Assembly (NCBI GenBank): GCA_016182385.1
Contig: JACPGV010000002.1
Span: 253,190 to 317,189 of the forward strand
Direction: 5' to 3'
Source of the DNA: Candidatus Moraniibacteriota bacterium
GTDB lineage: Bacteria; Patescibacteriota; Minisyncoccia; Moranbacterales; UBA1568
DNA length: 64,000 nucleotides
Below the pieces are notes generated by a model. That model worked only from the letters and a program-made list of their open reading frames with translations. It did no database searches and was not told the DNA's origin. A program made the position numbers and the translations under genes. Below, piece by piece: positions 1-8,128 of this stretch (positions within the stretch are counted from its first letter, which is position 1; each line of letters starts with the position of its first letter).

Positions 1-983
1 TGCGAGGAGCTTTGGCTGTTATTATGGTTCTACTTATTCCCGAAAATCTCTCGTTTCCGATGTGGGAATTTGATTTTACTCCAAAGGAATTTATTACTGC
101 TCTTACCATTGGTTGTATTTATTTCACGCTCTTTGTGAAGGCTATGACCATCGGGCCTCTCATCAAGCGTTTTAAACTTGATGCGCTCACTCCGATAGAG
201 GAGGCTGGTTATCATCAATCACGTTCACTCATTTTTTCTTTTGGTCGTGAGAAGCTTCAAGATTTTTTTGAGAAGCGATATATGAACCAGGCGACACATG
301 AAAAACTAAATACGGTTTTGAATGGTACGTGTGTCGCGGAACGATTGGAATGTGAGAAAATTATTGCCCAAGATTCACACGTTTTTGAAGAGGCTCTTCG
401 GGTGTACGCGATTGGTATCGAAAAACATTTTCTTCATTTGTTGTTTCAGTATAATGAAGTGAGTGAGACAGTGTATAAAAAAATTCTTACAAAATTGGAT
501 GTGCAACTTGATCGCGTGGAGAACAACGCGGTGCAGATTCAGTCTATTGATGAGGTTTTTGAGTTTGACTGGTTTGAGAAAATTGCTCAGAGGGGTAAAC
601 GGTTTTTTTCCGTGACAAAGAAAAAAGAGGAATTGGTAAAGGAACAATACATGTACTATCGTGCCCAAGAGATCATTGCGCGTAAAGTCATCAAAGAGTT
701 CTTAAGATTACAACAGCAACCGTTTTCCGAAACCGCGGCATACCATGCTCTTTTAGAGAAGGTTGTTGCCGCGTATCGCGTATTTTATGAAGATGCTTTG
801 ACACGGAAAGAGTCTTTGGTTTCAGAATACGGGGAGATGCTTGCCAAACTTGATGAAAAATTCGGAAGTGAGAGCTTGCGCAAGGCCTTGGCGGATGGAT
901 TGCAACAACTCACCAGAAAAAACATGTTATCTGGGAAACTCGCTATTTTGCTTCGAGAAGACCTATCATCGGAGCAGATTTAA
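1..983 (+). CDS. Na+/H+ antiporter (CPA1 family), 5'-truncated by window edge
   Basis: The frame is open to the window edge and reads ..RGALAVIMVLLIP..TLFVKAMTIGPLIKRF, the CPA1 (G)LRGA motif and last TM helix, followed by a long helical cytoplasmic tail. Confidence 0.75.
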   Translation, partial: RGALAVIMVLLIPENLSFPMWEFDFTPKEFITALTIGCIYFTLFVKAMTIGPLIKRFKLDALTPIEEAGYHQSRSLIFSFGREKLQDFFEKRYMNQATHEKLNTVLNGTCVAERLECEKIIAQDSHVFEEALRVYAIGIEKHFLHLLFQYNEVSETVYKKILTKLDVQLDRVENNAVQIQSIDEVFEFDWFEKIAQRGKRFFSVTKKKEELVKEQYMYYRAQEIIARKVIKEFLRLQQQPFSETAAYHALLEKVVAAYRVFYEDALTRKESLVSEYGEMLAKLDEKFGSESLRKALADGLQQLTRKNMLSGKLAILLREDLSSEQI

Positions 984-1043
984 TCTTTTCTGTAATATAC
1001 GGTATACTGAGAGAGTGTTTTGTTTATCTTTTTCTTTTTGAAC

Positions 1044-1643
1044 ATGTCATTTTTTGGTGTTGATCTCATAACGCTTATTCAGGCGGTTGGATATACGGGG
1101 CTTTTTGCGATTGTTTTTGCTGAGACAGGGTTGTTTTTGGGATTTTTTTTGCCGGGAGATAGCTTGCTTTTTGTGGCTGGTTTTCTTGCCGGACAGAATC
1201 TTTTCTCTTTGCCTGTGCTTATTGGTGGTTTGTGTGTTTCGGCCATACTTGGAAATGTATTGGGGTATGAGTTTGGTCGTCGTATCGGCCCAAAGCTTTT
1301 CAACCGAGAAGATTCTTTTATTTTCAAGAAAGCGCATGCGTTACGGGCACAAAATTTTTATGAAAAACATGGTCCGAAAACCATTGTTTTAGCGCGTTTT
1401 ATGCCTATTGTGCGGACATTTGCACCGATTGTTGCCGGTGTTGCCAATATGCATTACCCGGCTTTTCTTTTGTATAATATTATCGGCGCGATACTTTGGA
1501 CGGTTGGATTGGTGCTTCTCGGTTATTTTCTTGGAAGTGTTATTGATGTTGATCGGTATCTTTTACCGATTATTCTTCTTATCGTTTTTCTTTCTTTTTT
1601 GCCTGGTATTATCGGTTATATCAAAGAAAAACGTTCTCGATGA
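1044..1643 (+). CDS. DedA/VTT-domain membrane protein
   Basis: Motifs FAETGLFLGFFLPGDSLLF and ARFMPIVRTFAPIVAG; ATG at 1044 preferred over the track start at 1020. Confidence 0.9.
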   Translation: MSFFGVDLITLIQAVGYTGLFAIVFAETGLFLGFFLPGDSLLFVAGFLAGQNLFSLPVLIGGLCVSAILGNVLGYEFGRRIGPKLFNREDSFIFKKAHALRAQNFYEKHGPKTIVLARFMPIVRTFAPIVAGVANMHYPAFLLYNIIGAILWTVGLVLLGYFLGSVIDVDRYLLPIILLIVFLSFLPGIIGYIKEKRSR

Positions 1644-1731
1644 GACGCGATTTCTTGACAGGAGATTTCTTTTTTATTAAGGGGTGCTACAATGGACACC
1701 AAGGGAATCTTCCCTTCTTTTGGAGGTCGTT

Positions 1732-1950
1732 ATGTCTTCCAATACGAGAGTTCTTCTTTCACCTTTTGCATTCCCCTTAGTCGCCGTAGCCCAAGCATCA
1801 TTTTTTTGTGGCTTTTGGCTTCTTTTTTTGGCGGGTGTTCACGAGGAAAAGCAAACGCCTCTTTCGGAAAATGAATCAAAGGATTCTTTTCATGAGGCGA
1901 CCCTTTCCAATCTATTTGATATGCGTGGAAGAAGGATATCACGCGTTTAG
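1732..1950 (+). CDS. Small hypothetical membrane protein
   Basis: GGAGG shortly before ATG 1732, an upstream TGCTACAAT extended -10-like box, and one hydrophobic segment. Confidence 0.4.
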   Translation: MSSNTRVLLSPFAFPLVAVAQASFFCGFWLLFLAGVHEEKQTPLSENESKDSFHEATLSNLFDMRGRRISRV

Positions 1951-1954
1951 AGCC

Positions 1955-1995
1955 TCCCCCCTTATCTTTTCGTGAGATGAGGGGTGATTTTTTTA
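1955..1995. terminator. Probable bidirectional intrinsic terminator between convergent genes
   Basis: CCCCTTATCT..AGATGAGGGG stem followed by a T-run. Confidence 0.55.
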
Positions 1996-2793
1996 TGCCC
2001 AGCGAAGAAAAAGGAAAATATACACCAAAATCATTACCCAAAAGCTAATGATAAAAAATTTTCGCCCTCGTTTTTTTGTGTTTTCATCGGTACAGATTTC
2101 TTTTGTAGTAAAACCGCAATCCTTGAAAAGAAAAATTGATTCATAGAGTCGCACAATGATAACCCAAGCGAGAAAAAGACTTACGAGCATACCGAGTCCG
2201 GGGAGAAGGGGATTGGCGAGTTCAGCGCTCGGGGTACCGCCTTGCTTGAGCCATTTCATCCAGCCTTGCCATTTCATTACGACGACATGGATAACTGTGA
2301 AGACGATGACGGCTCGTAGACCGAAGCGTTGAAGAAACCACCAGCGTTTTCCGTCCATGAGGTGGATAACTCTTTCGAGTGAAAGAACAAAAAGAAAAAC
2401 AAGGATAAGTGATCCTATAAGACCGGCGAGAAAAGGAATATTTTCAATAGTGAATTTTTCTTGGGGGAATTTTAAGGGAAGAAAGTGGTATGAAAGAATA
2501 CCGTGAGAGAGCGCGAGAAATCCGCCGATAATACCGATTTCTTTGCGATAACCGAGCCATTTATCAAAACGATCAAAATAACGAACAATTGGCCCGATAA
2601 GAAATGTAAGAGCGAGGAGGACGGTGCCGACGCCAATAATCACTTTATTGAAGACAAAAAATGTATCCGCACTTGGTGGGGCATCAAAAAGATATCCGCG
2701 ACGTATCAAAAGATAAGAACTAAAAAGTGTCAGAAGTATGGCGGCTAGAAAAATGGCGATAGCGTAATCTTTGAGACTGGATGGTTTATGCAT
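1993..2793 (-). CDS. Ferric-reductase-like transmembrane (MsrQ/YedZ-like) protein
   Basis: Multi-TM protein with YRKEIGI..ALSH and WWFLQR..VIH motifs typical of the heme-binding ferric reductase TM domain. Confidence 0.65.
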   Translation of the reverse strand: MHKPSSLKDYAIAIFLAAILLTLFSSYLLIRRGYLFDAPPSADTFFVFNKVIIGVGTVLLALTFLIGPIVRYFDRFDKWLGYRKEIGIIGGFLALSHGILSYHFLPLKFPQEKFTIENIPFLAGLIGSLILVFLFVLSLERVIHLMDGKRWWFLQRFGLRAVIVFTVIHVVVMKWQGWMKWLKQGGTPSAELANPLLPGLGMLVSLFLAWVIIVRLYESIFLFKDCGFTTKEICTDENTKKRGRKFFIISFWVMILVYIFLFLRWA

Positions 2794-2801
2794 AAGTGTG
2801 T

Positions 2802-3119
2802 TTAACGAAATTCAAAAAGAATATTAGAGAAATTTTTAATGCGGTTTTGTTTGTCGATGTCGATACCCTCCTTTTTGTAAAGGCGGAGGCGTTCTTTGTG
2901 GTATTTGGCGTTACTCCAGATGCGTCCATTGGCGTAGACAATACGATGAAAAGGAATATCTTTGATGCCGTTTTCCCATGCCTTTCCTAAAATGCCAGTA
3001 ATGCTTCGAGAGGCAAGGGTTCCGCCTCCGGCCGCTTTGGCAATACGTCCATAGGTAGTGACTCGTCCCTTTGGAATTGATCGAGCGATACGTATAACTC
3101 GTTCACTGAAAGTAATCAT
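2802..3119 (-). CDS. MGMT-family alkyltransferase-like DNA-binding protein (ATL type)
   Basis: IPKGRVTTYGRIA and IPFHRIV; Phe replaces the catalytic Cys of PCHRV. Confidence 0.85.
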   Translation of the reverse strand: MITFSERVIRIARSIPKGRVTTYGRIAKAAGGGTLASRSITGILGKAWENGIKDIPFHRIVYANGRIWSNAKYHKERLRLYKKEGIDIDKQNRIKNFSNILFEFR

Positions 3120-3191
3120 ATTTTTTCTTTAGTATAACATTTTTTCGCACAGTTTTGTATTTGTATTAAAAATAAGAGTAATATGGTAAAT

Positions 3192-3222
3192 AAAAAACTC
3201 CTTTTTTAAAGGAGGGGTTTTT
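3192..3222 (-). terminator. Intrinsic terminator
   Basis: CTCCTTT/AAAGGAG stem flanked by A- and T-runs. Confidence 0.6.
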
Positions 3223-3224
3223 GT

Positions 3225-3308
3225 TTAGACCGCAATACGTTTTTGCGAATTAGGTGTTGGTTCTTTATAAAATCAGTTTTTATTTTTTTGACTTTGTAGT
3301 ACGTAGAA
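3225..3308 (-). pseudogene. Remnant of small GIY-YIG nuclease gene
   Basis: The minus frame reads FYVLQSQKNKN*FYKEPTPNSQKRIAV*, resembling the GIY-YIG N-terminus YVYVLQSxKxxxxYIGxTxxLxxR; it has an internal TGA and no start codon. Confidence 0.4.
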
Positions 3309-3450
3309 ATGGTTTATGATTTTTACGAAACCATGACTAATCACAAAGGTGACTGGCCATGTCTTGAATCACCCTCTAGCCCGGCAAGCCGGTCACCCCA
3401 GACGGGTAAACAGATGTTTTCCCGACATTTTTCCCTTCAATCCCGTCCAT
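3293..3450 (-). ncRNA. Candidate structured non-coding RNA (unassigned)
   Basis: GC-richer intergenic segment with several strong helices (3348-3357/3388-3397, 3401-3406/3442-3447, 3369-3374/3404-3409) and a G(CUUG)C tetraloop on the minus strand. Confidence 0.35.
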
Positions 3451-3462
3451 CATGGTATAACT

Positions 3463-3486
3463 AAAAAAGCCCCTGAAGGGACCTTT
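3463..3486 (-). terminator. Terminator downstream of tRNA-Gln
   Basis: Minus strand reads AAAGGTCCC-TTCA-GGGGCTTTTTT. Confidence 0.7.
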
Positions 3487-3498
3487 CGTTTGTATATG

Positions 3499-3570
3499 CT
3501 GGGGAGGAAGGGATCGAACCTTCGTATGGAGGCTTCAAAGGCCCCTGCCTTACCGCTTGGCTACTCCCCA
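3499..3570 (-). tRNA. tRNA-Gln (anticodon TTG); CCA not encoded
   Basis: Minus strand TGGGGAGTAGCCAAGCGGTAAGGCAGGGGCCTTTGAAGCCTCCATACGAAGGTTCGATCCCTTCCTCCCCAG folds as a cloverleaf with U1-A72, G73 and a TTCGA T-loop. Confidence 0.95.
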
Positions 3571-3595
3571 AAATTTTTAGGATCTTGATAAAACG

Positions 3596-5188
3596 TCAAC
3601 TGTTTTCCGGAATTACTCGACCTCCGAGAAGTTCCATCGCTTGATTGACGAGCGGATGAGTAAGAAAGGAATCATTCTTTTTTTCTACTTTCTCGCCATC
3701 AAGGACGATGCGAACAGTTATTTGTGACGTAAGAATGGTATCAAAGGCTTTCTTCAGTGTCAATTGATTGGCTGGTTCTTCGAGGCGTTCTTTATGGAAA
3801 GAATATTTAACGGCAAGAGTAATGGTGTTTCCCTCTACGCGTATCGGGGAGGCTGTTGAAAGAGCGAGCGTGAGTGAGGCATTGAGATTTTTGGCAGTAT
3901 CGAGAATACGTTGCCATTTTTCTAAAATATCGGCAAGGGAGAGAGGGGTAATCTCTTTACTTTCTGTTGTAGAGAGAGTTTTCGTTTCCGGTGAGGATTG
4001 TTCTTTTTGTTCGTACGATGTTTCTGGCGAGGGAGGAATATTTTTTGTTTGTGAGGGAGAGGAAATATCTTGTTTTTTACCTGATGGTGGCGTTTCATGA
4101 TGAGAGGAGAGTGTTTTGACGATGGCTATTTGTAGAGGGAGTTCCGGAATGACGGCATTTTTTGCTGTAGCGTGAGCTGTTTGAAAATATTCGAGCATGC
4201 GGACAATCTCTTCCGGGGAAAAAATGGCGGCGAGCTCAAAAAGAGATGCTTTTTGTTCATCAGTAAGATGGTCAAGCGCGTCGAAAGCTTTTTCGGAGTT
4301 AGCCGATATGAGCAAGAGATCGCGCAAAGAGTAAAGGCACATCCCCGAAAAGAGGGCGAGATCAATACCGTTTTGGGAAAGCTTTGTGACAAAGCTCAGA
4401 CTTGGATAGAGAGCGTGTTTACTTAAGAGATGGAGGAGTTCAAGAACGCTTTCTTTTCTGGTGGTGCCCAGTATCTCGGTAACGTACTCTCCGGTGATTT
4501 TTTTATTTTCTAAGGAGGCAATTTGAGTGAGAAGCGATTCGGCATCACGCATACCGCCTTCGGCTGAAAGGGCAATCATTTCCAAGGCTTCTTTTTCAAT
4601 GGTCATTTTCTCCGCTTTGGCGATTTTTTCAAGTTTCCCCACGATGCTTTTTATGGAAAAACGAGCGAGATCAAATCGCTGACAACGAGAAATAACGGTG
4701 TCGGGTACTTTGTGAAGAGCGGTAGTGGCGAGGATAAAAACAACGTGAGCTGGTGGTTCCTCGAGTGTTTTTAAGAGCGCGTTGAAGGCACCAATAGAAA
4801 GCATATGCACCTCGTCGATGATGTATATTTTATGTGAGCCCAGCGTTGGGGGAAGCGTGACGGTTTCTCTTAGTTCGCGAATATTATCAACACCGGTATG
4901 AGAAGCGGCATCAATTTCGATAATATCAAGAGAGCGGTTTTCGCTCATAAGGACGCAGTGCTCGCACTTTCCGCATGGCTCAAAACCTTTTCGTTTTGAG
5001 CAGTTGATAGCTTTAGCAAAGAGTCGTGCTAAGGTTGTTTTTCCGGTACCGCGGGGACCGGTGAAAAGATAAGCTTGTCCGATACGTCCAAAACGTAAGG
5101 CATTCGTAAGGGTTTGGACAACGTGTTTTTGTTCGACGACATCAGAAAAGGTTTGTGGTCGGTATTTTCTGTAAAGGGTGGTGGACAT
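3596..5188 (-). CDS. dnaX: DNA polymerase III subunit gamma/tau
   Basis: LYRKYRPQTF, GPRGTGKTT, EIDAAS, DEVHML and SRCQRF motifs; start ATG taken at 5188. Confidence 0.97.
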   Translation of the reverse strand: MSTTLYRKYRPQTFSDVVEQKHVVQTLTNALRFGRIGQAYLFTGPRGTGKTTLARLFAKAINCSKRKGFEPCGKCEHCVLMSENRSLDIIEIDAASHTGVDNIRELRETVTLPPTLGSHKIYIIDEVHMLSIGAFNALLKTLEEPPAHVVFILATTALHKVPDTVISRCQRFDLARFSIKSIVGKLEKIAKAEKMTIEKEALEMIALSAEGGMRDAESLLTQIASLENKKITGEYVTEILGTTRKESVLELLHLLSKHALYPSLSFVTKLSQNGIDLALFSGMCLYSLRDLLLISANSEKAFDALDHLTDEQKASLFELAAIFSPEEIVRMLEYFQTAHATAKNAVIPELPLQIAIVKTLSSHHETPPSGKKQDISSPSQTKNIPPSPETSYEQKEQSSPETKTLSTTESKEITPLSLADILEKWQRILDTAKNLNASLTLALSTASPIRVEGNTITLAVKYSFHKERLEEPANQLTLKKAFDTILTSQITVRIVLDGEKVEKKNDSFLTHPLVNQAMELLGGRVIPENS

Positions 5189-5265
5189 AGGGATTTTGGA
5201 AATATCAATGCGGGACACAAGAAAAACAGGAAGGGGTGCTTTTAGTATATATCTTTTTCTTCAAC

Positions 5266-5292
5266 AAAAAAAGTCTCCCGTCGGAGACTTTG
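5266..5292 (-). terminator. Intrinsic terminator after the GtrA gene
   Basis: Minus strand reads AAAGTCTCC-GACG-GGAGACTTTTTTT. Confidence 0.7.
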
Positions 5293-5304
5293 TGGCAAAA
5301 AACT

Positions 5305-5910
5305 TTATTTCTTGAAAACAAAAAATTTGTATCCGACAAAGTTCCATGTGAGAACGAGAATGGAGGCGGTGAGTCCGCCAACATTAGCCCAGGCCTTTTC
5401 GGTAATGCCGACTGGAGCACCGATAATATTGACGACAAAAGCCGTAATACCGACATTAAGAAGAAGCCCGGTAAGACTGACAAGGAGAAATTGTGTGAAT
5501 TCTTCTCCAACATTGGCGACATCTTTCTTTTCAAATGACCAAAATTTATTCCATACGTAACTATTGATAATGGCGGTCATAACGGCAAAACTTTTGAAAA
5601 CCGCAATAAGGTACCCGCTTGAAACATCGCTCATGAAAATAAAAAGATTGTAAATACCGAGATCGATGACGGTATTGGTGACACCGACAAGACCGAATTT
5701 GGAAAGTTGAAAGAAAAACGAACGGATTCGTGAAAGGAAATAGCCAAAAGCTACGCCGAGAGCTGATAGAGTGGCGAGAAGAGGTGCAAAAAAAACAACC
5801 GGAACGGGGAGCGTGAGAGTAAGATTAGCGAAAATAAACGGAGCGAGAATACCAATAAATGCTCCATTGATTGCCGCAAATAAGAGATCACGAAGAGAGA
5901 GTTGCTGCAT
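5305..5910 (-). CDS. GtrA family membrane protein
   Basis: FFQLSKFGLVGVTNTVIDLG..NSYVWNKFWSF..WNFVGYKFFVF. Confidence 0.85.
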   Translation of the reverse strand: MQQLSLRDLLFAAINGAFIGILAPFIFANLTLTLPVPVVFFAPLLATLSALGVAFGYFLSRIRSFFFQLSKFGLVGVTNTVIDLGIYNLFIFMSDVSSGYLIAVFKSFAVMTAIINSYVWNKFWSFEKKDVANVGEEFTQFLLVSLTGLLLNVGITAFVVNIIGAPVGITEKAWANVGGLTASILVLTWNFVGYKFFVFKK

Positions 5911-5912
5911 GA

Positions 5913-6686
5913 TTATGGTTGTTGTTGATGAGAGATTTCTTTTTCTATTTCTTCCATATCTCGCACCCAATCATCCAAGACGGTGTTTGTATTTTCGTGT
6001 TTATCACTCTGGTGGATGCTTAAGGATTCTTTGGAGACATCTTTGAGTTCTTGTTTCCATTGGTTGATGCTTTCATTTTCTTCGGCGGCTTTAGAAAGCG
6101 TTGTTTGCCAGTCTTGATGAGCGCCTTTTTGGATGATATTCTCAATAGCCGCCCATGTTGCCTCTATATCGTGAGGAACAACGATAGCGACCTCGTCTCC
6201 GGGCACAGCTTTAAAATAGGTAATAGAAGCAAGTAATACTCGGTAAGGCTTGCCATTGGCAATAACGTAATAATTGCCATTTTCGTCTTGCGCGACGACC
6301 GCAATGGCATGCCGTCGTTCGATAGGGCCAATTTGTTTGTAGAGAAAAGCACCATCTTCGGTGATGGTAAGTTTGAGCATATCGCCTTCGACAAGTTTGG
6401 ATTTTGAAGCGTAGTTGGCCGGTACAGGGTATTGTTTTCCATCAGTTCCAAGCATCAACTGACCGTCGAAAGTTCCTTCGACGACAGTTCCTTGGGCGGT
6501 ATCGAGATCCATTTTGCGGGGACGTCCACTCTTCTTTTTTCCTTCAAGTTGCAAGAGCATTGCTTTAGCGCCTTGAATGGTTTTTTCCGCACTCAGTACC
6601 ATTTCGCGCAAGGCCTGAATTTTCATCGTTCGCTCTTGTTCGTTTTGACTGTCCGTTTCTTCTGGAAGTGTATTTTGTGTTGTCAT
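5913..6686 (-). CDS. Conserved hypothetical protein (CPR-type)
   Basis: The EGTFDGQLM..YPVPANYASKSKLVEGDMLKL..YKQIGP motif block looks like a conserved family; function unknown. Confidence 0.7.
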   Translation of the reverse strand: MTTQNTLPEETDSQNEQERTMKIQALREMVLSAEKTIQGAKAMLLQLEGKKKSGRPRKMDLDTAQGTVVEGTFDGQLMLGTDGKQYPVPANYASKSKLVEGDMLKLTITEDGAFLYKQIGPIERRHAIAVVAQDENGNYYVIANGKPYRVLLASITYFKAVPGDEVAIVVPHDIEATWAAIENIIQKGAHQDWQTTLSKAAEENESINQWKQELKDVSKESLSIHQSDKHENTNTVLDDWVRDMEEIEKEISHQQQP

Positions 6687-6861
6687 ATTCCTTTATTTTT
6701 ATCGCCAACAAGAAAACCCCCCTGTGGCGAATATTTTTCTTTTGTTTTTCTTTACACTAAAAGTATAAATGATTTTTTTAAGAAGAGCAAACGCATGATA
6801 ACGATGGGAGCGTTGTTTTTTGTCAAGAGGCGATAAACTTGAAGCGACAGATTTGGCACCC

Positions 6862-6891
6862 TTGACAAAAAATAAGAACGTGCGGTAATAT
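6862..6891 (+). promoter_or_regulatory. Putative sigma70 promoter
   Basis: TTGACA-N18-TAATAT upstream of the CDS at 6939. Confidence 0.5.
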
Positions 6892-6938
6892 TATTTGACA
6901 GATAGGGAAGGGTTTAAGTATTGATAGGATAAAAAAAT

Positions 6939-8003
6939 ATGTCAAAAGAAGAAAAGGCGTCAATGCGAAAAAACCTTCCAAATAAGGGGTTTTTTGTTTC
7001 GGCTATAGAGGATCTTTTGGGGGATATTTCTCCCCGTTCCTTGGCTATTGTAGAAGCTCGTTTTGGTATTGGGGGAGAGCGACCCAAAACACTTGAAGAA
7101 ATCGGGAAATTTTATCAGATTACGCGTGAGCGAGTACGACAGGTAGTGGTAAGCGTCATGGGGTTTCTTTCTCATCAAAGCACTCGACCGGTATTTGAAG
7201 AGGCTGCTTCACGAGTGCGTGTGTTATTGGAAAAGAACGATGGCATTGTAAAGTCGGAAATACTTCTTGAAACATTGGCGTCCGGTAGCGCCGCTGAACA
7301 CGGTGCGCTGCTTGCGTTCCTGGCAAGTTTTTCTTTTCTTGAGGAAAGCAAAGAAACAAGAGAGTGTGAAACGGTCTTTTTTTTGAAGGGATTTTCTTTT
7401 GATGATTGGAAGAAGGTAAAAAACGAAGCGAAAGAAATTTTGGAATCTGCGGGAACCACCCTTGATGAAAATGTGTTGTATCGTCTTTTTAAAGAGAAAA
7501 ATAAGATGATAGAAAAAGAAAAGTTTTTTCATTTTTTGAGCGTGTCCAAAGAGATTCGGCCGAATGTTTTTGGAAAATGGGGATTGTCAAATTGGAGCGA
7601 TATAAAGCCGCGCGGTACTCGTGAAAAGGCGCACCTTATTTTAAAGATGACCAAGAAACCTTTGCATTTTCGTGAGATTTCATTGCTCATTGATACGTAT
7701 GGTTTGCAGGGCGCGAAGAAGAAAAAGAGCCATCCTCAAACCGTTCATAACGAACTTATTAAAGATGAACGTTTCATTCTCGTCGGGCGAGGTATTTATG
7801 CGCTTGCCGAATGGGGATACACGCGTGGCACTGTCAAAGAAGTTTTGGAAGATATTTTCAAGCATTCTGAGAAACCATTGTCTCGGGAAGAGGTTTTGGT
7901 GGAGATTCTCAAAATTCGTCAAGTAAAAAAGTCGACAGTAATTATCAATCTCAATACATTTTTTCATCGCGTGGATAAAGACATGTATACATTGAAAAAA
8001 TAA
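6939..8003 (+). CDS. Sigma-70 region-4 HTH plus HARE-HTH/RNAP-delta-like DNA-binding protein
   Basis: N-terminal RFG..TLEEIG..ITRERVRQ; C-terminal PLHFREI..QTVHNELIKDERFILVGRGIYAL; no sigma region 2. Confidence 0.75.
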   Translation: MSKEEKASMRKNLPNKGFFVSAIEDLLGDISPRSLAIVEARFGIGGERPKTLEEIGKFYQITRERVRQVVVSVMGFLSHQSTRPVFEEAASRVRVLLEKNDGIVKSEILLETLASGSAAEHGALLAFLASFSFLEESKETRECETVFFLKGFSFDDWKKVKNEAKEILESAGTTLDENVLYRLFKEKNKMIEKEKFFHFLSVSKEIRPNVFGKWGLSNWSDIKPRGTREKAHLILKMTKKPLHFREISLLIDTYGLQGAKKKKSHPQTVHNELIKDERFILVGRGIYALAEWGYTRGTVKEVLEDIFKHSEKPLSREEVLVEILKIRQVKKSTVIINLNTFFHRVDKDMYTLKK

Positions 8004-8128
8004 TTTTCAATATGCGGTAGAAAAAAAATGGATTGTACGTTATAATGAAATCAAGAAAATAACCTGTTCGATTTTGAAAGAGGTTTTACCAATCATATCA
8101 AAACACGGGTCAACGCACCCCTACTCCG

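Noticed and set aside
3273..3275. TGA recoded as Gly/Trp (alternative genetic code)
   Set aside because: Many clear genes (dedA, clpB, ispH, recJ) end at TGA, and conserved ORFs contain no internal TGA.
3375..3400. tmRNA 5' end (GGGGTGACCGGCTT on the minus strand) or SRP RNA near dnaX
   Set aside because: No TTCGAC follows, there is no T-arm/CCA 3' end, and the SRP domain IV motif (CAGG..GGAA..AGCAG) is absent.
3348..3400. ZTP riboswitch (GTGACTGGC on the + strand)
   Set aside because: The remaining consensus (GGGAG..GCCYGGG pseudoknot) is missing and no purine or folate gene follows.
3349..3588. 79-aa + strand ORF
   Set aside because: It runs antisense through tRNA-Gln and its terminator, with no coding signal.
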